Part shown: one piece after another, positions 1 through 12,289 of the stretch
Numbering within the stretch: the first letter of the stretch is position 1
How the letters are laid out: every line of letters starts with the position of its first letter
NCBI GenBank assembly: GCA_038087875.1
Contig: CM075994.1
Span: 2,978,001-3,042,000, forward strand
DNA length: 64,000 nucleotides
From: Malacoraja senta
Lineage: Eukaryota
Direction: 5' to 3'
Made by a program: the position numbers and the translations under genes
Notes under the pieces: generated by a model
The model's database searches: none
What the model was told of the DNA's origin: nothing
The model's input: the letters and a program-made list of their open reading frames with translations, nothing else

Positions 1-254
1 TCCTTCCAAAGTCCACAATCAGTTCCTTGGTTTTGCTGGTGTTGAGGGCCAGTTTATTGTGCTGGCACCATATGGACAGTCGCTCGATCTCTTTTCTATA
101 CTCTGACTCATTCCCATCAGTGATATGTTCCACAACAGTGGTGTCGTCAGCGAACTTGATGATGGAGTTCGCACTATGACCGGCTACGCAGTCATGAGTA
201 TAGAGTGAGTACAGTAGTGGGCTGAGCACGCAGCCTTGAGGTGCTCCCGTGCTT
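1..254 (-). mobile_element. Rex1/Babar-type non-LTR retrotransposon reverse transcriptase fragment
   Basis: Minus strand translates GAPQGCVLSPLLYSLYTHDC...SIIKFADDTTV...LNTSKTKELIVDFG, typical Rex1/Babar RT motifs; runs off the window start. Confidence 0.8.
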
Positions 255-588
255 AGAGTTTAGAGTTTAAAGATACGACATGGAAACAGGCCCTTTGGCC
301 CACCGAATCCACGCCAACCATCGATCACCCGTTCATGCTAGTTCTACATTACCCCACTATCGCACCCACTCTTTACACACGAGGGAGCAATTTACAGAGT
401 CCGATTAACCTACAAACCTGCACGTCTTTGAGATGTGGGAGGAAACTAGAGCACCCACATTCAGGCAACCCACATGTTCACAGCGAGAATGTGCAAACTC
501 CACACAGACAACACCTGTGGTCAGGATCGAACCAGGGTTTTGCGTGCTGAGAGGCAGCAGCTCTATCAGCTGCACCACAGTGTGGTCC
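255..588 (-). mobile_element. tRNA-derived SINE (HE1/V-SINE-like)
   Basis: Minus strand has a tRNA-like head with A/B boxes (ggttcgatcc), a V-SINE-like core, and a LINE-derived tail gggccaaagggcctgtttcc followed by (ctctaaa)n. Confidence 0.8.
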
Positions 589-881
589 AAGGTGTGGCCA
601 AATATTCTCATTCTTAACTCCACCTCATTCAGCTATTCTGATATCGTACTTTAATACTTTTTGCAAACAATTTGCATTGTACTACAATCTTATTCCATTC
701 TGCTTTTGCACTCGTCATTGCATTTATTATATTTATCACTGTTCTATGTGTACTGTTTACTTTGTGTGCTTCATGTAACTAATGAATCGCCCCTTGATGT
801 GGAAGTTAATAAACTAATTTGAATCTGAATCTGATGTTCCTACATAGCGCTTTAAAAAACCATCTGAAGTTCTTAGTAAAG

Positions 882-971
882 ACACAAAATGCTGAAGTAA
901 CTCAATGGGTCAGGAAGCATCCCCAGAGAACGTGGACGGATGATGTTTCGGGTCGGTACCCTTCTTCAGAC
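882..971 (-). mobile_element. Penelope-like short repeat with minimal hammerhead motif
   Basis: Minus strand reads agtCTGAAGAagggtaccgacccGAAAcatc; flanked by an 8-bp direct repeat tagtaaag (874-881, 972-979). Confidence 0.7.
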
Positions 972-997
972 TAGTAAAGTGTTCCAGAAAATACAGC

Positions 998-1322
998 ATA
1001 GTTTAGTGTAGAGATACAGCGTGGCAATAGGCCCTTCGGCCCACCAGGTCTGCACCGACCATCGATCAACTGTTCACTAGGTGAATGTTATCCCAATTTC
1101 ACATCCACTCCCCACATACGAGGGACAATTTACAGCAGCCAATTAACCTACAAATCTGCACATCTTTCGAAAGTGGGAGGAAACAGGAGTACTCAGAGCA
1201 AACCCACATGGTCATACGGGGAACGTACAAACTCCGTACAGACAGCACCCGTAGTCAGGATTGAACCTGGGTCTCTGTTGCTGTAAGGCAGCAACTCTAC
1301 CGCTGCGCCACTGTGCTGCCCC
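998..1322 (-). mobile_element. tRNA-derived SINE (HE1/V-SINE-like)
   Basis: Minus strand head ggggcagcacagtggcgcagcggtagagttgctgcc...ggttcaatcc; same family as 255-588. Confidence 0.85.
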
Positions 1323-1510
1323 AATTCATCATTCATAGGATTAATTATCTCTTTCCAGTGTTCAGACTCACATAGTCACACTGCAAGATCAGAATGTAAA
1401 TCAAAGAGAATGATTTGAATGTATCAAACTCACACATTTAGCAATCAGTATGCAATCTACATACAGCATGGGAACAGGCCCTTCGGCCCAACTTGCCCAC
1501 ACTAACCAAC

Positions 1511-2385
1511 CAGTGCCGGATTTAGATGAAGACAGGCCCTAGGCTATTCCACTTGTGAGGCCCCTCCCAATCCCCCACCACAGCTTTGAAGTTAACATTT
1601 GTCCTCGCTTTCTTGTTAAGTAGGTCAACATGCCATTCCTGTGCTTCTCTGAGTTTTCATGAGTTTGGATAAGACAGGGGTTTTGCCAATCATCAAACCC
1701 TTCAGAAGCTAAAGATGTTGCAGAAGATTAAATGTTTGGAAAGAGTTACAAACAAAGCAATATACAGTATCTGGCCTTTTGAGGGAGAATACACAAGCCA
1801 CTCTCGGCTATATGTTTCTCCATTGACTTTTGTTGAATAAAAAAGAGCGTTTGTGGTAAAACCTAGACTGCTTTTTATACACTCGCTTGGAATTTGAAAA
1901 TGGTCCACAATGATGCTGAACTTGAGAGAGGCCCCTTTCTACCCAATAGGATATGTTACAGTTGAAGGGTTTCGGCCCAAAACGTTGCCTATTTCCTTCG
2001 CTCCATAGATGCTGCTGCATCCGCTGAGTTTCTCCAGCATTTTTGTCTACCTCTGTTACAGTAGATCTATGTTTGGCATCATCTATATCTGAGTCTGGAA
2101 TACCTTGGACTTGGTCTACCTTACCAGGTGTGAGCTGAAAATTCTGACTATCCACATTATTTTCTTGTCTCTCTTTAGCCTCTCCCTGTCCATTAAGTGA
2201 CTCCTGAATTAGTTCTCTATATTCATTTTGAGCCGGCATCATGGCTGCTTTCTCATATTCAGCTTGCTGTTCCACATCCTGCTTCGCTGTTTCTGTTTCA
2301 GGGAGGTTTTCTTCTGGTTGAATGCTAGTGGTTGACTGGATAGCTCCACCACATTGATTTCCTTGTGTTAGTATCAATGTATCTG
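1511..2385 (-). mobile_element. Degenerate hAT (Tip100/ZMYM1-like) DNA transposon remnant
   Basis: Minus strand gives REWLVYSPSKG and, after a frameshift, GFDDWQNP...HENSEKHRNGMLTYL, resembling the TTF-type zinc finger region. Terminus cagtgccggatttag at 1511. Interrupted by a Penelope-like repeat at ~1964-2052. Confidence 0.65.
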
Positions 2386-2952
2386 CTTTACTCAGAACTG
2401 CTGTAGATTTGGGAGCAACAGCAACAGGAGATTAGCAAGAGATACGACTGATTGGCTCTAGCCCGAGTGGGAGGAGCGAAGTGAGTCAGAGGGGGGAAAA
2501 CAGTTGAAAAGTAGAAGCCAAGCACAGGCAGACTTTACTCAGAACTGCTGTAGATTTGGGAGCAACAGCAGCAGGAGATTAGCAAGAGATACGACTGATT
2601 GGCTCTAGGCCCGAGTGGGAGGAGAGAAGTGAGTCAGAGGGGGGAAAACAGTTGAAAAGTAGAAGCCAAGCACAGGCAGACTTTACTCAGAACTGCTGTA
2701 GATTTGGGAGCAACAGCAGCAGGAGATTAGCAAGAGATACGACTGATTGGCTCTAGCCCGAGTGGGAGGAGAGAAGTGAGTCAGTGCCGGGAAAACAGTT
2801 GAAAAGTAGAAGCCAAGCACAGGCAGACTTTACTCAGAACTGCTGTAGATTTGGAAGCAACAGCAGCAGGAGATTAGCAAGAGATACGACTGATTGGCTC
2901 TAGCCCGAGTGGGAGGAGAGAAGTGAGTCAGTGCCGGGAAAACAGTTGAAAA
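2386..2952 (+). repeat. Four ~147-bp tandem monomers forming the CR1 5' UTR (putative internal promoter)
   Basis: Units start at 2386, 2533, 2681 and 2828; each contains ATTGG (reverse CCAAT), gggaggag and, in every copy, TGAGTCA. Confidence 0.85.
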
Positions 2953-3132
2953 CTGAGGAATTTTGTTTGTAAATTGGTAAATCAGGCAATTTATCCATCA
3001 ATTTAAGCAAGACGGCTCTTAGCGAGCGGCAGTGAGTGAGCGGCCCTGTGAGTAAAGTGTGAGTCTTTGGCTCGAGAGTCTTCGGCGAGGAGACCACGCA
3101 ATACGCTTGAGAGGTAGAGACGAAAGAAGGAG

Positions 3133-4059
3133 ATGTCAGGCAAGCTGATTCAGTGCGATGCTTGCAGTATGTGGGAGGTCAAGGACACCGCTGGTGCCTC
3201 TGGCTGCTACAAATGCGAGAAGTGCATCCAGGTAGAGCTCCTGAAGGGCCGTGTTGGGGAACTGGAGAAGCAAGTGGATGACCTCCGGTTCGTCTGAGAA
3301 ACGGAGTCGTTCCTCGACAAGTCCTACAGTACGATTGTTACACCTAAGGTACTGGAAGAGAGAAGGTGGGAGACGGTGAGAAAGGGAGGGAAGCATGGAA
3401 TGCCAACGTCCCCGGGTGTTGTACCTCTTGTGAACAGGTTCACCCACTTAGAAGCTGTTGGGACAGAATACGTGTTTACACTGAGCAGCGGACTGGCTTG
3501 CGATGCGAATAGGGCTGTTGAGCCAAAACCAAAAAGGCCTAAGGCAGGCAACGCCATTGTAGTGGGAGACTCCATTGTGAGAGGTATGGACAGGGGTTTC
3601 TGTGGCAACAGACGGGATGCGAGGATGGTGTGCTGCCTTCCTGGTGCCAGGATCCAGGATGTCACGGACAGAGTGCAGAAAATCCTCAAGGGCGAAGGTG
3701 AACATCCGGAAGTGGTAGTGCATGTCGGCACAAACGATGTCGGAAAGAAGGGGATGAATATTCTGCAGCGTGACTTTAGAGAGCTCAGAAAAATGCTGAA
3801 AAGCAGGACCTCCAGGGTTGTTATCTCCGGTTTGCTTCCAGTTCCTCGTGCTGGCGAGAGCAGGAACAGGGAGATACGGGACCTGAACGTGTGGCTCAGG
3901 AATTGGTGCACGGGGCAGGGATTTAGATTCTTAGATCACTGGGATCTGTTTTGGGGTAAGGGGGAACTGTACAAAAGGGACGGATTGCATCTTAACAGGT
4001 GTGGAACCAGCATTCTGGCAGGCAGGTTTGCCACTGCTACACGGGTGGTTTTAAACTGA
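3133..4059 (+). pseudogene. CR1 ORF1 (zinc finger, coiled coil, SGNH esterase) with one premature stop
   Basis: ATG at 3133: MSGKLIQCDACSMWEV...CEKC; TGA at 3295-3297; downstream in the same frame are the GDS, GTND and DGLH SGNH motifs. Confidence 0.9.
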
Positions 4060-7000
4060 ATAAGGGGGGTGGGGTGTCGAATCGGATAGTGGAGGATGGA
4101 GTTAAAGGGAAAGGGTTTCTTAAATGTGTGAGCGTAGAGACAGAGGAGTGTAAAATGAGGGTAGAAGCAATAGGTAGCAAGGTGAAAAGTAAAAGTGGAA
4201 GACAGACAAAACCAGGGCAAAAATCAAAAAGGGCCACTTTTCAACATAATTGTATAAGGGGTAAGAGTGTTGTAAAAACAAGCCTGAAGGCTTTGTGTCT
4301 CAATGCAAGGAGCATTCGTAATAAGGTGGATGAGTTGAATGTGCAGATAGCTATTAATGACTATGATATAGTTGGGATCACGGAGACATGGCTCCAGGGT
4401 GACCAAGGCTGGGAGCTGAACATCCAGGGATATTCAATATTCAGGAGGGATAGAGCGAAAGGAAAAGGAGGTGGGGTAGCGTTGCTGATTAGAGAGGAGA
4501 TTAACGCAATGGAAAGGAAGGACATTAGGTTCGAGGATGTGGAATCGGTATGGGTAGAGCTGCGAAACACTAAGGGGCAGAAAACGCTGGTGGGTGTTGT
4601 GTACAGGCCACCTAACAGTAGTAGTGAAGTTGGAGATGGTATCAAACAGGAAATTAGAAATGCGTGCGACAAAGGCAAAACAGTTATAATGGGTGACTTC
4701 AATCTACATATAGATTGGGTGAATCAAATTGGCAGGGGTGCTGAGGAAGAGAATTTCTTGGAATGTATGCGGGATAGTTATCTAAATCAACATGTAGAGG
4801 AACCAACGAGAGAGCAGGCTATTTTAGACTGGGTATTGAGTAATGAGGAAGGGTTAGTTAGCAGTCTTGTTGTACGTGCCCCCTTGGGCAAGAGTGACCA
4901 TAATATGGTTGAGTTCTTCATTAGGATGGAGAGTGACATTGTTAATTCAGAAACAATGGTTCTGAACTTAAAGAAAGGTAACTTTGAGGGTATGAGACGT
5001 GAATTGGCCAAGACTGACTGGCAATTAATTCTAAAAGGGTTGACGGTGGACATGCAATGGAAGACCTTTAAAGACTGCATGGATGAACTACAAAAATTGT
5101 TCATCCCAGTTTGGCAAAAGAATAAATCAGGGAAGGTAGTGCATCCGTGGATAACAAGGGAAATCAGGGATGGTATCAAAGCGAAGGATGATGCGTACAA
5201 ATTAGCCAGAAAAAGGCAGCATACCGGAGGACTGGGAGAAATTCAGAGACCAGCAGAGGAGGACAAAGGGCTTAATTAGGAAAGGAAAATAGATTATGAA
5301 AGAAAACTGGCAGGGAACATAAAAACTGACTGCAAAAGTTTTTATAGATATGTAAAAAGAAAGAGATTAGTTAAAACAAATGTAGGTCCCTTGCAGTCAG
5401 AAACAGGTGAGTTGATCATGGGGAACAAGGATATGGCGGACCAATTGAATAACTACTTTGGTTCCGTCTTCACTGTGGAAGACATAAATAATCTGCCGGA
5501 AATAGCAGGGGACCGCGGGTCAAAGGAGTTGGAGGAATTGAGTGAAATCCAGGTTAGTCGGGAAGTGGTTTTGGGTAAATTGAATGGATTAAAGGCCGAT
5601 AAATCCCCAGGGCCAGATAGGCTGCATCCCAGAGTACTTAAGGAAGTAGCTCCAGAAATAGTGGATGCATTAGTAATAATCTTTCAAAACTCTTTAGATT
5701 CTGGAGTAGTTCCTGAGGATTGGCGGGTAGCAAACGTAACCCCACTTTTTAAGAAGGGAGGGAGAGAGAAAACGGGGAATTACAGACCAGTTAGTCTAAC
5801 ATCGGTAGTGGGGAAACTGCTAGAGTCAGTTATTAAAGATGGGATAGCAGCACATTTGGAAAGTGGTGAAATCATTGGACAAAGTCAGCATGGATTTACG
5901 AAAGGTTAATCATGTCTGACGAATCTTATAGAATTTTTCGAGGATGTAACTAGTAGCGTGGATAGGGGAGAACCAGTGGATGTGGTGTATCTGGACTTCC
6001 AGAAGGCTTTCGACAAGGTCCCACATAAGAGATTAGTATACAAACTTAAAGCACATGGCATTGGGGGTTCAGTATTGATGTGGATAGAGAACTGGCTGTC
6101 AAACAGGAAGCAAAGAGCAGGAGTAAACGGGTCCTTTTCACAATGGCAGGCAGTGACTAGTGGGGTACCGCAAGGTTCAGTGCTGGGACCCCAGCTATTT
6201 ACAATATATATTAATGACCTGGATGAGGGAATTGAAGGCAATATCTCCAAGTTTGCGGATGACACTAAACTGGGGGACAGTGTTAGCTGTGAGGAGGATG
6301 CTAGGAGACTGCAAGGTGATTTGGATAGGCTGGGTGAGTGGGCAAATGTTTGGCAGATGCAGTATAATGTGGATAAATGTGAGGTTATCCATTTTGGTGG
6401 CAAAAACAGGAAAGCAGACTATTTTCTAAATGGTGGCCGACTAGGAAAAGGGGAGATGCAGCGAGACCTGGGTGTCATGGTACACCAGTCATTGAAAGTA
6501 GGCATGCAGGTGCAGCAGGCAGTGAAGAAAGCGAATGGTATGTTAGCTTTCATAGCAAAAGGATTTGAGTATAGGAGCAGGGAGGTTCTACTGCAGTTGT
6601 ACAGGGTCTTGGTGAGACCACACCTGGAGTATTGCGTACAGTTTTGGTCTCCAAATCTGAGGAAGGACATTATTGCCATAGAGGGAGTGCAGAGAAGGTT
6701 CACCAGACTGATTCCTGGGATGTCAGGAGTGTCTTATGAAGAAAGACTGGATAGACTTGGTTTATACTCTCTAGAATTTAGGAGATTGAGAGGGGATCTT
6801 ATAGAAACTTACAAAATTCTTAAGGGGTTGGACAGGCTAGATGCAGGAAGATTGCTCCCGATGTTGGGGAAGTCCAGGACAAGGGGTGACAGCTTAAGGA
6901 TAAGGGGGAAATCCTTTAAAACCGAGATGAGAAGAACTTTTTTCACACAGAGAGTGGTGAATCTCTGGAACTCTCTGCCACAGAGGGTAGTCGAGGCCAG

Positions 7001-7091
7001 TTCATTGGCTATATTTAAGAGGGAGCTAGATGTGGCCCTTGTGGCTAAAGGGATCAGAGGGTATGGAGAGAAGGCAGGTACGGGATACTGA
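4060..7091 (+). pseudogene. CR1 ORF2 (AP endonuclease + reverse transcriptase), disrupted
   Basis: NARSI/GITETW/GDFN/SDHN endonuclease motifs; YLDFQKAFD, GVPQGSVLGP and KFADD RT motifs; frameshifts around 5210-5290 and TAA at 5907-5909. Confidence 0.95.
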
Positions 7092-7187
7092 GTTGGATGA
7101 TCAGCCATGATCATATTGAATGGCGGTGCAGGCTCGAAGGGCCGAATGGCCTACTCCTGCACCTATTTTCTATGTTTCTATGTTTCT

Positions 7188-8631
7188 AACACGTTTTCTG
7201 AAAGCCCTTTAAAAAGCCAAGCCAAGCGGGCAAACTCTTTGCAAGCCAACAAAACACGTTTTTTGAAAGCCCTTTAAAAAGCCAAGCCAAGCGGGCATGC
7301 ACTTTGCAAGCGAACAAAACACGTTTTCTGAACGCCCTTCAAAAAGCCAAGCCAAGCGGGCAAACACTATGCAAGCCAACAAAACACGTTTTCTGAAAGC
7401 CCTTTAAAAAGCCAAGCCAAGCGGGCAAACACTTTGCAAGCCAACAATACACGTTTTCTGAAAGGCCTTTAAGAGCCAAGCCAATTGGGCAAACACATTG
7501 CAAGCCAACAAAACAAGTTTTCTGAAAGACCTTTAAAAAGCCAAGTCATGCGGGCAAATACTTTGCAAGCCAACAGAACGTGTTTTCTGAAAGCCCTTTA
7601 AAAAGCCAAGCCAAGCGGGCAAACTCTTTGCAAGCCAACAAAACACGTTTTTTGAAAGCCCTTTAAAGAGCCAAGCCAAGCGGGCATACACTTTGCAAGC
7701 GAACAAAACACGTTTTCTGAACGCCCTTCAAAAAGCCAAGCCAAGCGGGCAAACACTATGCAAGCCAACAAAACACGTTTTCTGAAAGCCCTTTAAAAAT
7801 CCAAGCCAAGCGGGCAAACACTTTGCAAGCCAACAATACACGTTTTCTGAAAGGCCTTTAAGAGCCACGCCAATTGGGCAAACACTTTGAAAGCCAACAA
7901 AACACGTTTTGTGAAAGCCCTTTAAAAAGCCAGGCCATTGATAAACACTTTGAAGCCAACAAAACAAGTTTTCTGAAAGCCCTTTAAAAAGCCAAGCCAA
8001 GCGGGCAAACACTTTGCAAGCCAACAAAACACGTTTTCTGAAAGCCCTTTAAAAAGCCAAGCCAAGCGGGCAAACACTTTGCAAGCTAACAAAACACGTT
8101 TTCTGAAAGCCCTTTAAAAAACCATACCAAGTGAGCAAGCATTTTGCAAGCCAACAAGGCACGTTTTCTGAACGCCCTTCAAAAAGCCACGCCAAGCGGG
8201 CAAACACTATGCAAGCCAACAAAACACGTTTTCTGAAAGCCCTTTAAAAAGCCTAGCCAAGCGGGCAAACACTTTGCAAGCCAACAATACACGTTTTTTG
8301 AAAGCCCTTTAAAAAGCCAAGCCAAGCGGGCATACACTTTGCAAGCGAACAAAACACGTTTTCTGAACGCCCTTCAAAAAGCCAAGCCAAGCTTGCAAAC
8401 ACTATGCAAGCCAACAAAACACGTTTTCTGAAAGCCCTTTAAAAAGTCAAGCCAAGCGGGCAAACACTTTGCAAGCCAACAAAACACGTTTTCTGAAAGC
8501 CATTTAAAAAGCCAAGCCAAGCTATCAAACGCTTTGCAAGTCAACACAACACGTTTTCTGAAAGCACTTTAAAAAGCCAAGCCAAGCTAGCAAACGCTTT
8601 GCAATCCAACACAACACATTTTCTGAAAGCC
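7188..8631. repeat. 65-bp tandem minisatellite array (~22 copies)
   Basis: Unit aaaacacgttttctgaaagccctttaaaaagccaagccaagcgggcaaacactttgcaagccaac; starts at 7251, 7316, 7381. Confidence 0.95.
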
Positions 8632-8982
8632 ACTTCGAGGGGACTGACCGCGGAGTATACGTTCGTTCAGTGTTAGTCACAGCTCAGTGAGCCGTGACAC
8701 TCTCGCTTCATCCGTCTCCTAGAGACTGAGTGAGGCACGACACTCCCGGCTTTAATAGTCCCCCCTGCCGCCAGCGAGGGCAACAGAGAAAATGGCGAAA
8801 TATATTAAAACATTAATAACTCTCTGATTTTTTATCGATGGGAAAAATCCTCCGGTCCAATCCGGGGGAGGGGGACACTGAGTGAGGTGGCCAACAATGT
8901 CGGCCGTAAGTTGCGGCGTTCTCCCGGAAATCACGACACAGAAAGTCGAAAGCGATCAAGATCTTAGTTTTAGTAATATAGA
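8632..8982 (-). mobile_element. 5' end of a non-autonomous Helitron carrying the 65-bp array
   Basis: Minus strand begins A|TCTATATTACTAAAAC; homologous to the 5' part of the element at 40334. Confidence 0.65.
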
Positions 8983-9039
8983 TGTGTCATATGTTTAATG
9001 TCTTGCCGTAATGTTATATGTTGACCAAAATGTCGAAAA

Positions 9040-10912
9040 ATGTTTTCTGACAGCCCTTTAAAAAACCAAGCCAAGTGAGCAAACATTTTGCAAGCCAACA
9101 AGACACGTTTTCTGAAAGACCTTTAAAATGCCAAGCCAAGCGGGCAAACACTTTTCAAGCGAACAAAACACGTTTTCTGAAAGCCCTTTAAAAGGCCAAG
9201 CCAAGCGGGCAAACACTTTGCAAGCCAACAATACACGTTGTCTGAAAGGCCTTTAAGAGCCAAGCCAATTGGGCAAACACTTTGCAAGCCAACAAAACAC
9301 ATTTTCTGAAAGCCATTTAAAAGGCCAAGCCAAGCGGGCAAACACTTTGCAAGCCAACAAAACACGTTTTCTGAAAGCCCTTTAAAAAGCCAGGCCATTG
9401 GCGAACAATTTTCAAGCAAACAAAACAAGTTTTCTGAAAGCCCTTTAAAAAGACAAGCCAAGCGGGCAAACACTTTGCAAGCCAACAAAACACGTTTTCT
9501 GAAAGCCCTTTAAAAAGCCAAGCCAAGCGGGCAAACACTTTGCAAGCCAACAAAACACGTTTTCTGAAAGCCCTTTAAAAAACCATGCCAAGTGAGCAAG
9601 CATTTTGCAAGCCAACAAGACACGTTTTCTGAAAGACCTTTAAAAAGGCAAGCCAAGCGGGCAAACATTTTCAAGCGAACAAAATACGTTTTCTGAAAGC
9701 CGTTTAAAAAGCTAAGCCAAGCGGGCAAACACTTTTCTTTTTTTTTTTTTTTTTATTTTTATTTATTAGAAGTACATTACATCACAGCCACATACATTAA
9801 TACTCGTCATTTATATCTTCTTACAATTAATGTACTCCCTTTATTTTTTTTTTTTTTACACTAAAGAAAGAAAAGATTGAAAGAGAGAAGAAAGTGAAGG
9901 AAAAAGTGCAAGTGTAGAAAAGTGTAGAAAATGTAACAACAAAAAAAAAAAGGACGAGGACCCTATGAGAGCGAAATTAAAAACAAAAAGAAAAAGAGTT
10001 AAGAAATAGGCCCTAAGAAAAGAAAAGAGAGAGAGAAGAAAAGAAAAACAAATGTTTTTTTTTGAGCATCACGTAAATAGGACATACCAACTCTTCAACT
10101 ATCATCCCCCCTTACCCGACCTCAATTTTTTATTTTTTTAAAGTACTTTTGCACCCTATGTTTGTAATAATTCTATAAATGCAGACCACGTCAGGTGGAA
10201 GTGATCTGGTTTACCTGCTAGGAGGAGTCTTATCTCTTCAAGGTGTAGTGTTTCAAACATATTTGAAATCCACATATTTATAGTTGGGGCAAACACTTTT
10301 CAAGCAAACAAAACACGTTTTCTGAAAGCCCTTTAAAAAGCCAGGCCATTGGCGAACAATTTTCAAGCAAACAAAACAAGTTTTCTGAAAGCCCTTTAAA
10401 AAGACAAGCCAAGCGGGCAAACACTTTGCAAGCCAACAAAACACGTTTTCTGAAAGCCCTTTAAAAAGCCAAGCCAAGCGGGCAAACACTTTGCAAGCCA
10501 ACAAAACACGTTTTCTGAAAGCCCTTTAAAAAACCATGCCAAGTGAGCAAGCATTTTGCAAGCCAACAAGACACGTTTTCTGAAAGACCTTTAAAAAGGC
10601 AAGCCAAGCGGGCAAACATTTTCAAGCGAACAAAATACGTTTTCTGAAAGCCGTTTAAAAAGCTAAGCCAAGCGGGCAAACACTTTTCAAGCAAACAAAA
10701 CACGTTTTCTGAAAGCCCTTTAAAAAGCTAAGCCAAGCGGGCAAACATTTTGCACGCCAACAAAACACGTTTTCTGAAAGCCATTTAAAAAGCCAAGCCA
10801 AGCTATCAAACGTTTTGCAAGCCAACACAACACGTTTTCTGAAAGCCCTTTAAAAAGCCAAGCCAAGCTAGCAAACGCTTTGCAAGCCAACACAACACAT
10901 TTTCTGAAAGCC
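9040..10912. repeat. Second 65-bp tandem array, interrupted by an L1-like insertion
   Basis: Same unit as 7188-8631; includes a near-identical ~390-bp (6-monomer) higher-order duplication. Confidence 0.95.
9738..10286 (-). mobile_element. 5'-truncated L1/Tx1-like LINE 3' end
   Basis: Poly(T) at 9738 onward; homologous to 48770-49302; 15-bp TSD gggcaaacacttttc (9723-9737, 10287-10301). Confidence 0.85.
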
Positions 10913-11265
10913 ACTTCGAGGGGACTGACCGCGGAGTATACGTTCGTTCAGTGTTATTCGCAGCTCAGTGAGCCGTGACCCTCTCGCTTCCTCCGTCTCC
11001 TAGAGACTGAGTGAGGCACGACACTCCCGGCTTTAATAGCCCCCCCTGCCGCCAGCGAGGGCAACAGAGAAAATGGCGAAATATATTTTAAAAAATAATA
11101 ATTCTCCGATTTTTCATCGATGGGAAAAATCCTCCGGTCCAATCCGGAGGAGGGGGACACTGAGCGAGGTGGCCAAAAAATGTCTGCCGTAAGTGGCGGC
11201 GTTCTCTCGGAAATCACGACACAGAAAGTCGAAAGCGGTCAAGATCTTAGTTTTAGTAATATAGA
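10913..11265 (-). mobile_element. Duplicated Helitron 5' end
   Basis: High similarity to 8632-8982, and ~55 bp of flank is duplicated with it. Confidence 0.65.
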
Positions 11266-11441
11266 TTTGTCATATGTTTAATGTCTTGTCGTAATGTTAT
11301 ATGTTGACCACAACATCGAAAAAGGAACACACGATACTAAGCTTCACAACTGTTCAACTTGCTTCAGTTGAAAAAGAAATCTGAATATTCAAATATAAAA
11401 CGGCTCAAAATCTACATATATTATACTTTATTGTGAAACAG

Positions 11442-11468
11442 AAACCATGTGGCGCAAGGCAAATGAAG
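11442..11468 (+). CDS. Candidate 27-nt phase 1-1 micro-exon (E)TMWRKANE
   Basis: gtgaaacag|AAACCATGTGGCGCAAGGCAAATGAAG|gtacca. Confidence 0.5.
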
Positions 11469-11580
11469 GTACCACATCACAAAACATAAAGTTTTCTGCT
11501 GAAATTTTGTTGAATATTACAAATGCAATCACCTTTATCAAATCACGCGAATATTTTCATTGTGGTTGTAATTATTTTAG

Positions 11581-11607
11581 ATCAACACAAGAAATGTTCG
11601 ATCAGCA
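11581..11607 (+). CDS. Candidate 27-nt micro-exon (D)QHKKCSIS
   Basis: attattttag|ATCAACACAAGAAATGTTCGATCAGCA|gtaagt. Confidence 0.6.
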
Positions 11608-11838
11608 GTAAGTCAAACCAAAGAAACCTATAGGCAAGTTGCCTGTCCTTTTTTCAAAGCTTCTATAGAGCCTTTTGAGGCTGATTTTTTAAGACCCTGA
11701 GTAACGCAACCAATTCAAACGGTCTCTGCCAAGCTACTACCTTGTTATATTCAAGTACAATTCTCACTGTCACACTGAAGTTTTCAAGCCGTGCGAGATC
11801 ATTTGAGCCCGAATATTTGATTCCCCAATTTCTGGCAG

Positions 11839-11865
11839 GGTAGACATGCACATTAATAGTAACTG
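11839..11865 (+). pseudogene. 27-nt micro-exon-like segment with in-frame TAG
   Basis: tttctggcag|GGTAGACATGCACATTAATAGTAACTG|gtgagc; TAG at 11841-11843 in phase 1. Confidence 0.45.
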
Positions 11866-12289
11866 GTGAGCAGGTGGCATTTGCGGAAGCAAAATAAAAT
11901 CAAAACTCTGCATTAACTCAGCGGGTCAGGTAGTCTCTCTGAAGGGAAATTGACAAACAATATTTCGGTTCTGCCTCTTCTTGAGACTGGTCAAATTTTC
12001 TGTCCTCACCCTCTAGAAGTTATCCCGGTCCCACTGATTTCTTCAAGATTCCTTATGCGCAAGATTCCTGCATCTGCATTCTCGCGTGTCTCCATATACT
12101 GTGGCATTGCCTTCTAAGAATCCCAATAGCTTTAGACAGCCAACGTAGTTCATTTCATTTTCTATGTTTGAAATCCATTAAAAGTATCCTAAACATTAGA
12201 AATAACAAAAAATGCATATAAAGTTTGATTGCCGTGGAGAATACTAATACGGACGGTCATTTAGAGATTAAGAGGGTTCATAGGTACAA

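Larger units (their letters stand above)
2386..7188 (+). mobile_element. Full-length, recently inactivated CR1-clade LINE
   Basis: Tandem 5' monomers, ORF1, APE-RT ORF2, conserved 3' UTR and (tttctatg)n tail at 7167-7188. Confidence 0.95.

Noticed and set aside
1250..1322. tRNA-like sequence
   Set aside because: It is the head of a tRNA-derived SINE followed by SINE core and tail, not a tRNA gene.
3376..4059. SGNH/GDSL esterase as a host gene
   Set aside because: It is the established ORF1 domain of CR1-clade LINEs and is in frame with the upstream zinc finger.
7188..10912. CRISPR-like regular repeats and the MLACKVFARLAW ORFs
   Set aside because: Contiguous 65-bp monomers with no unique spacers and no cas genes; the ORFs are translations of the satellite.
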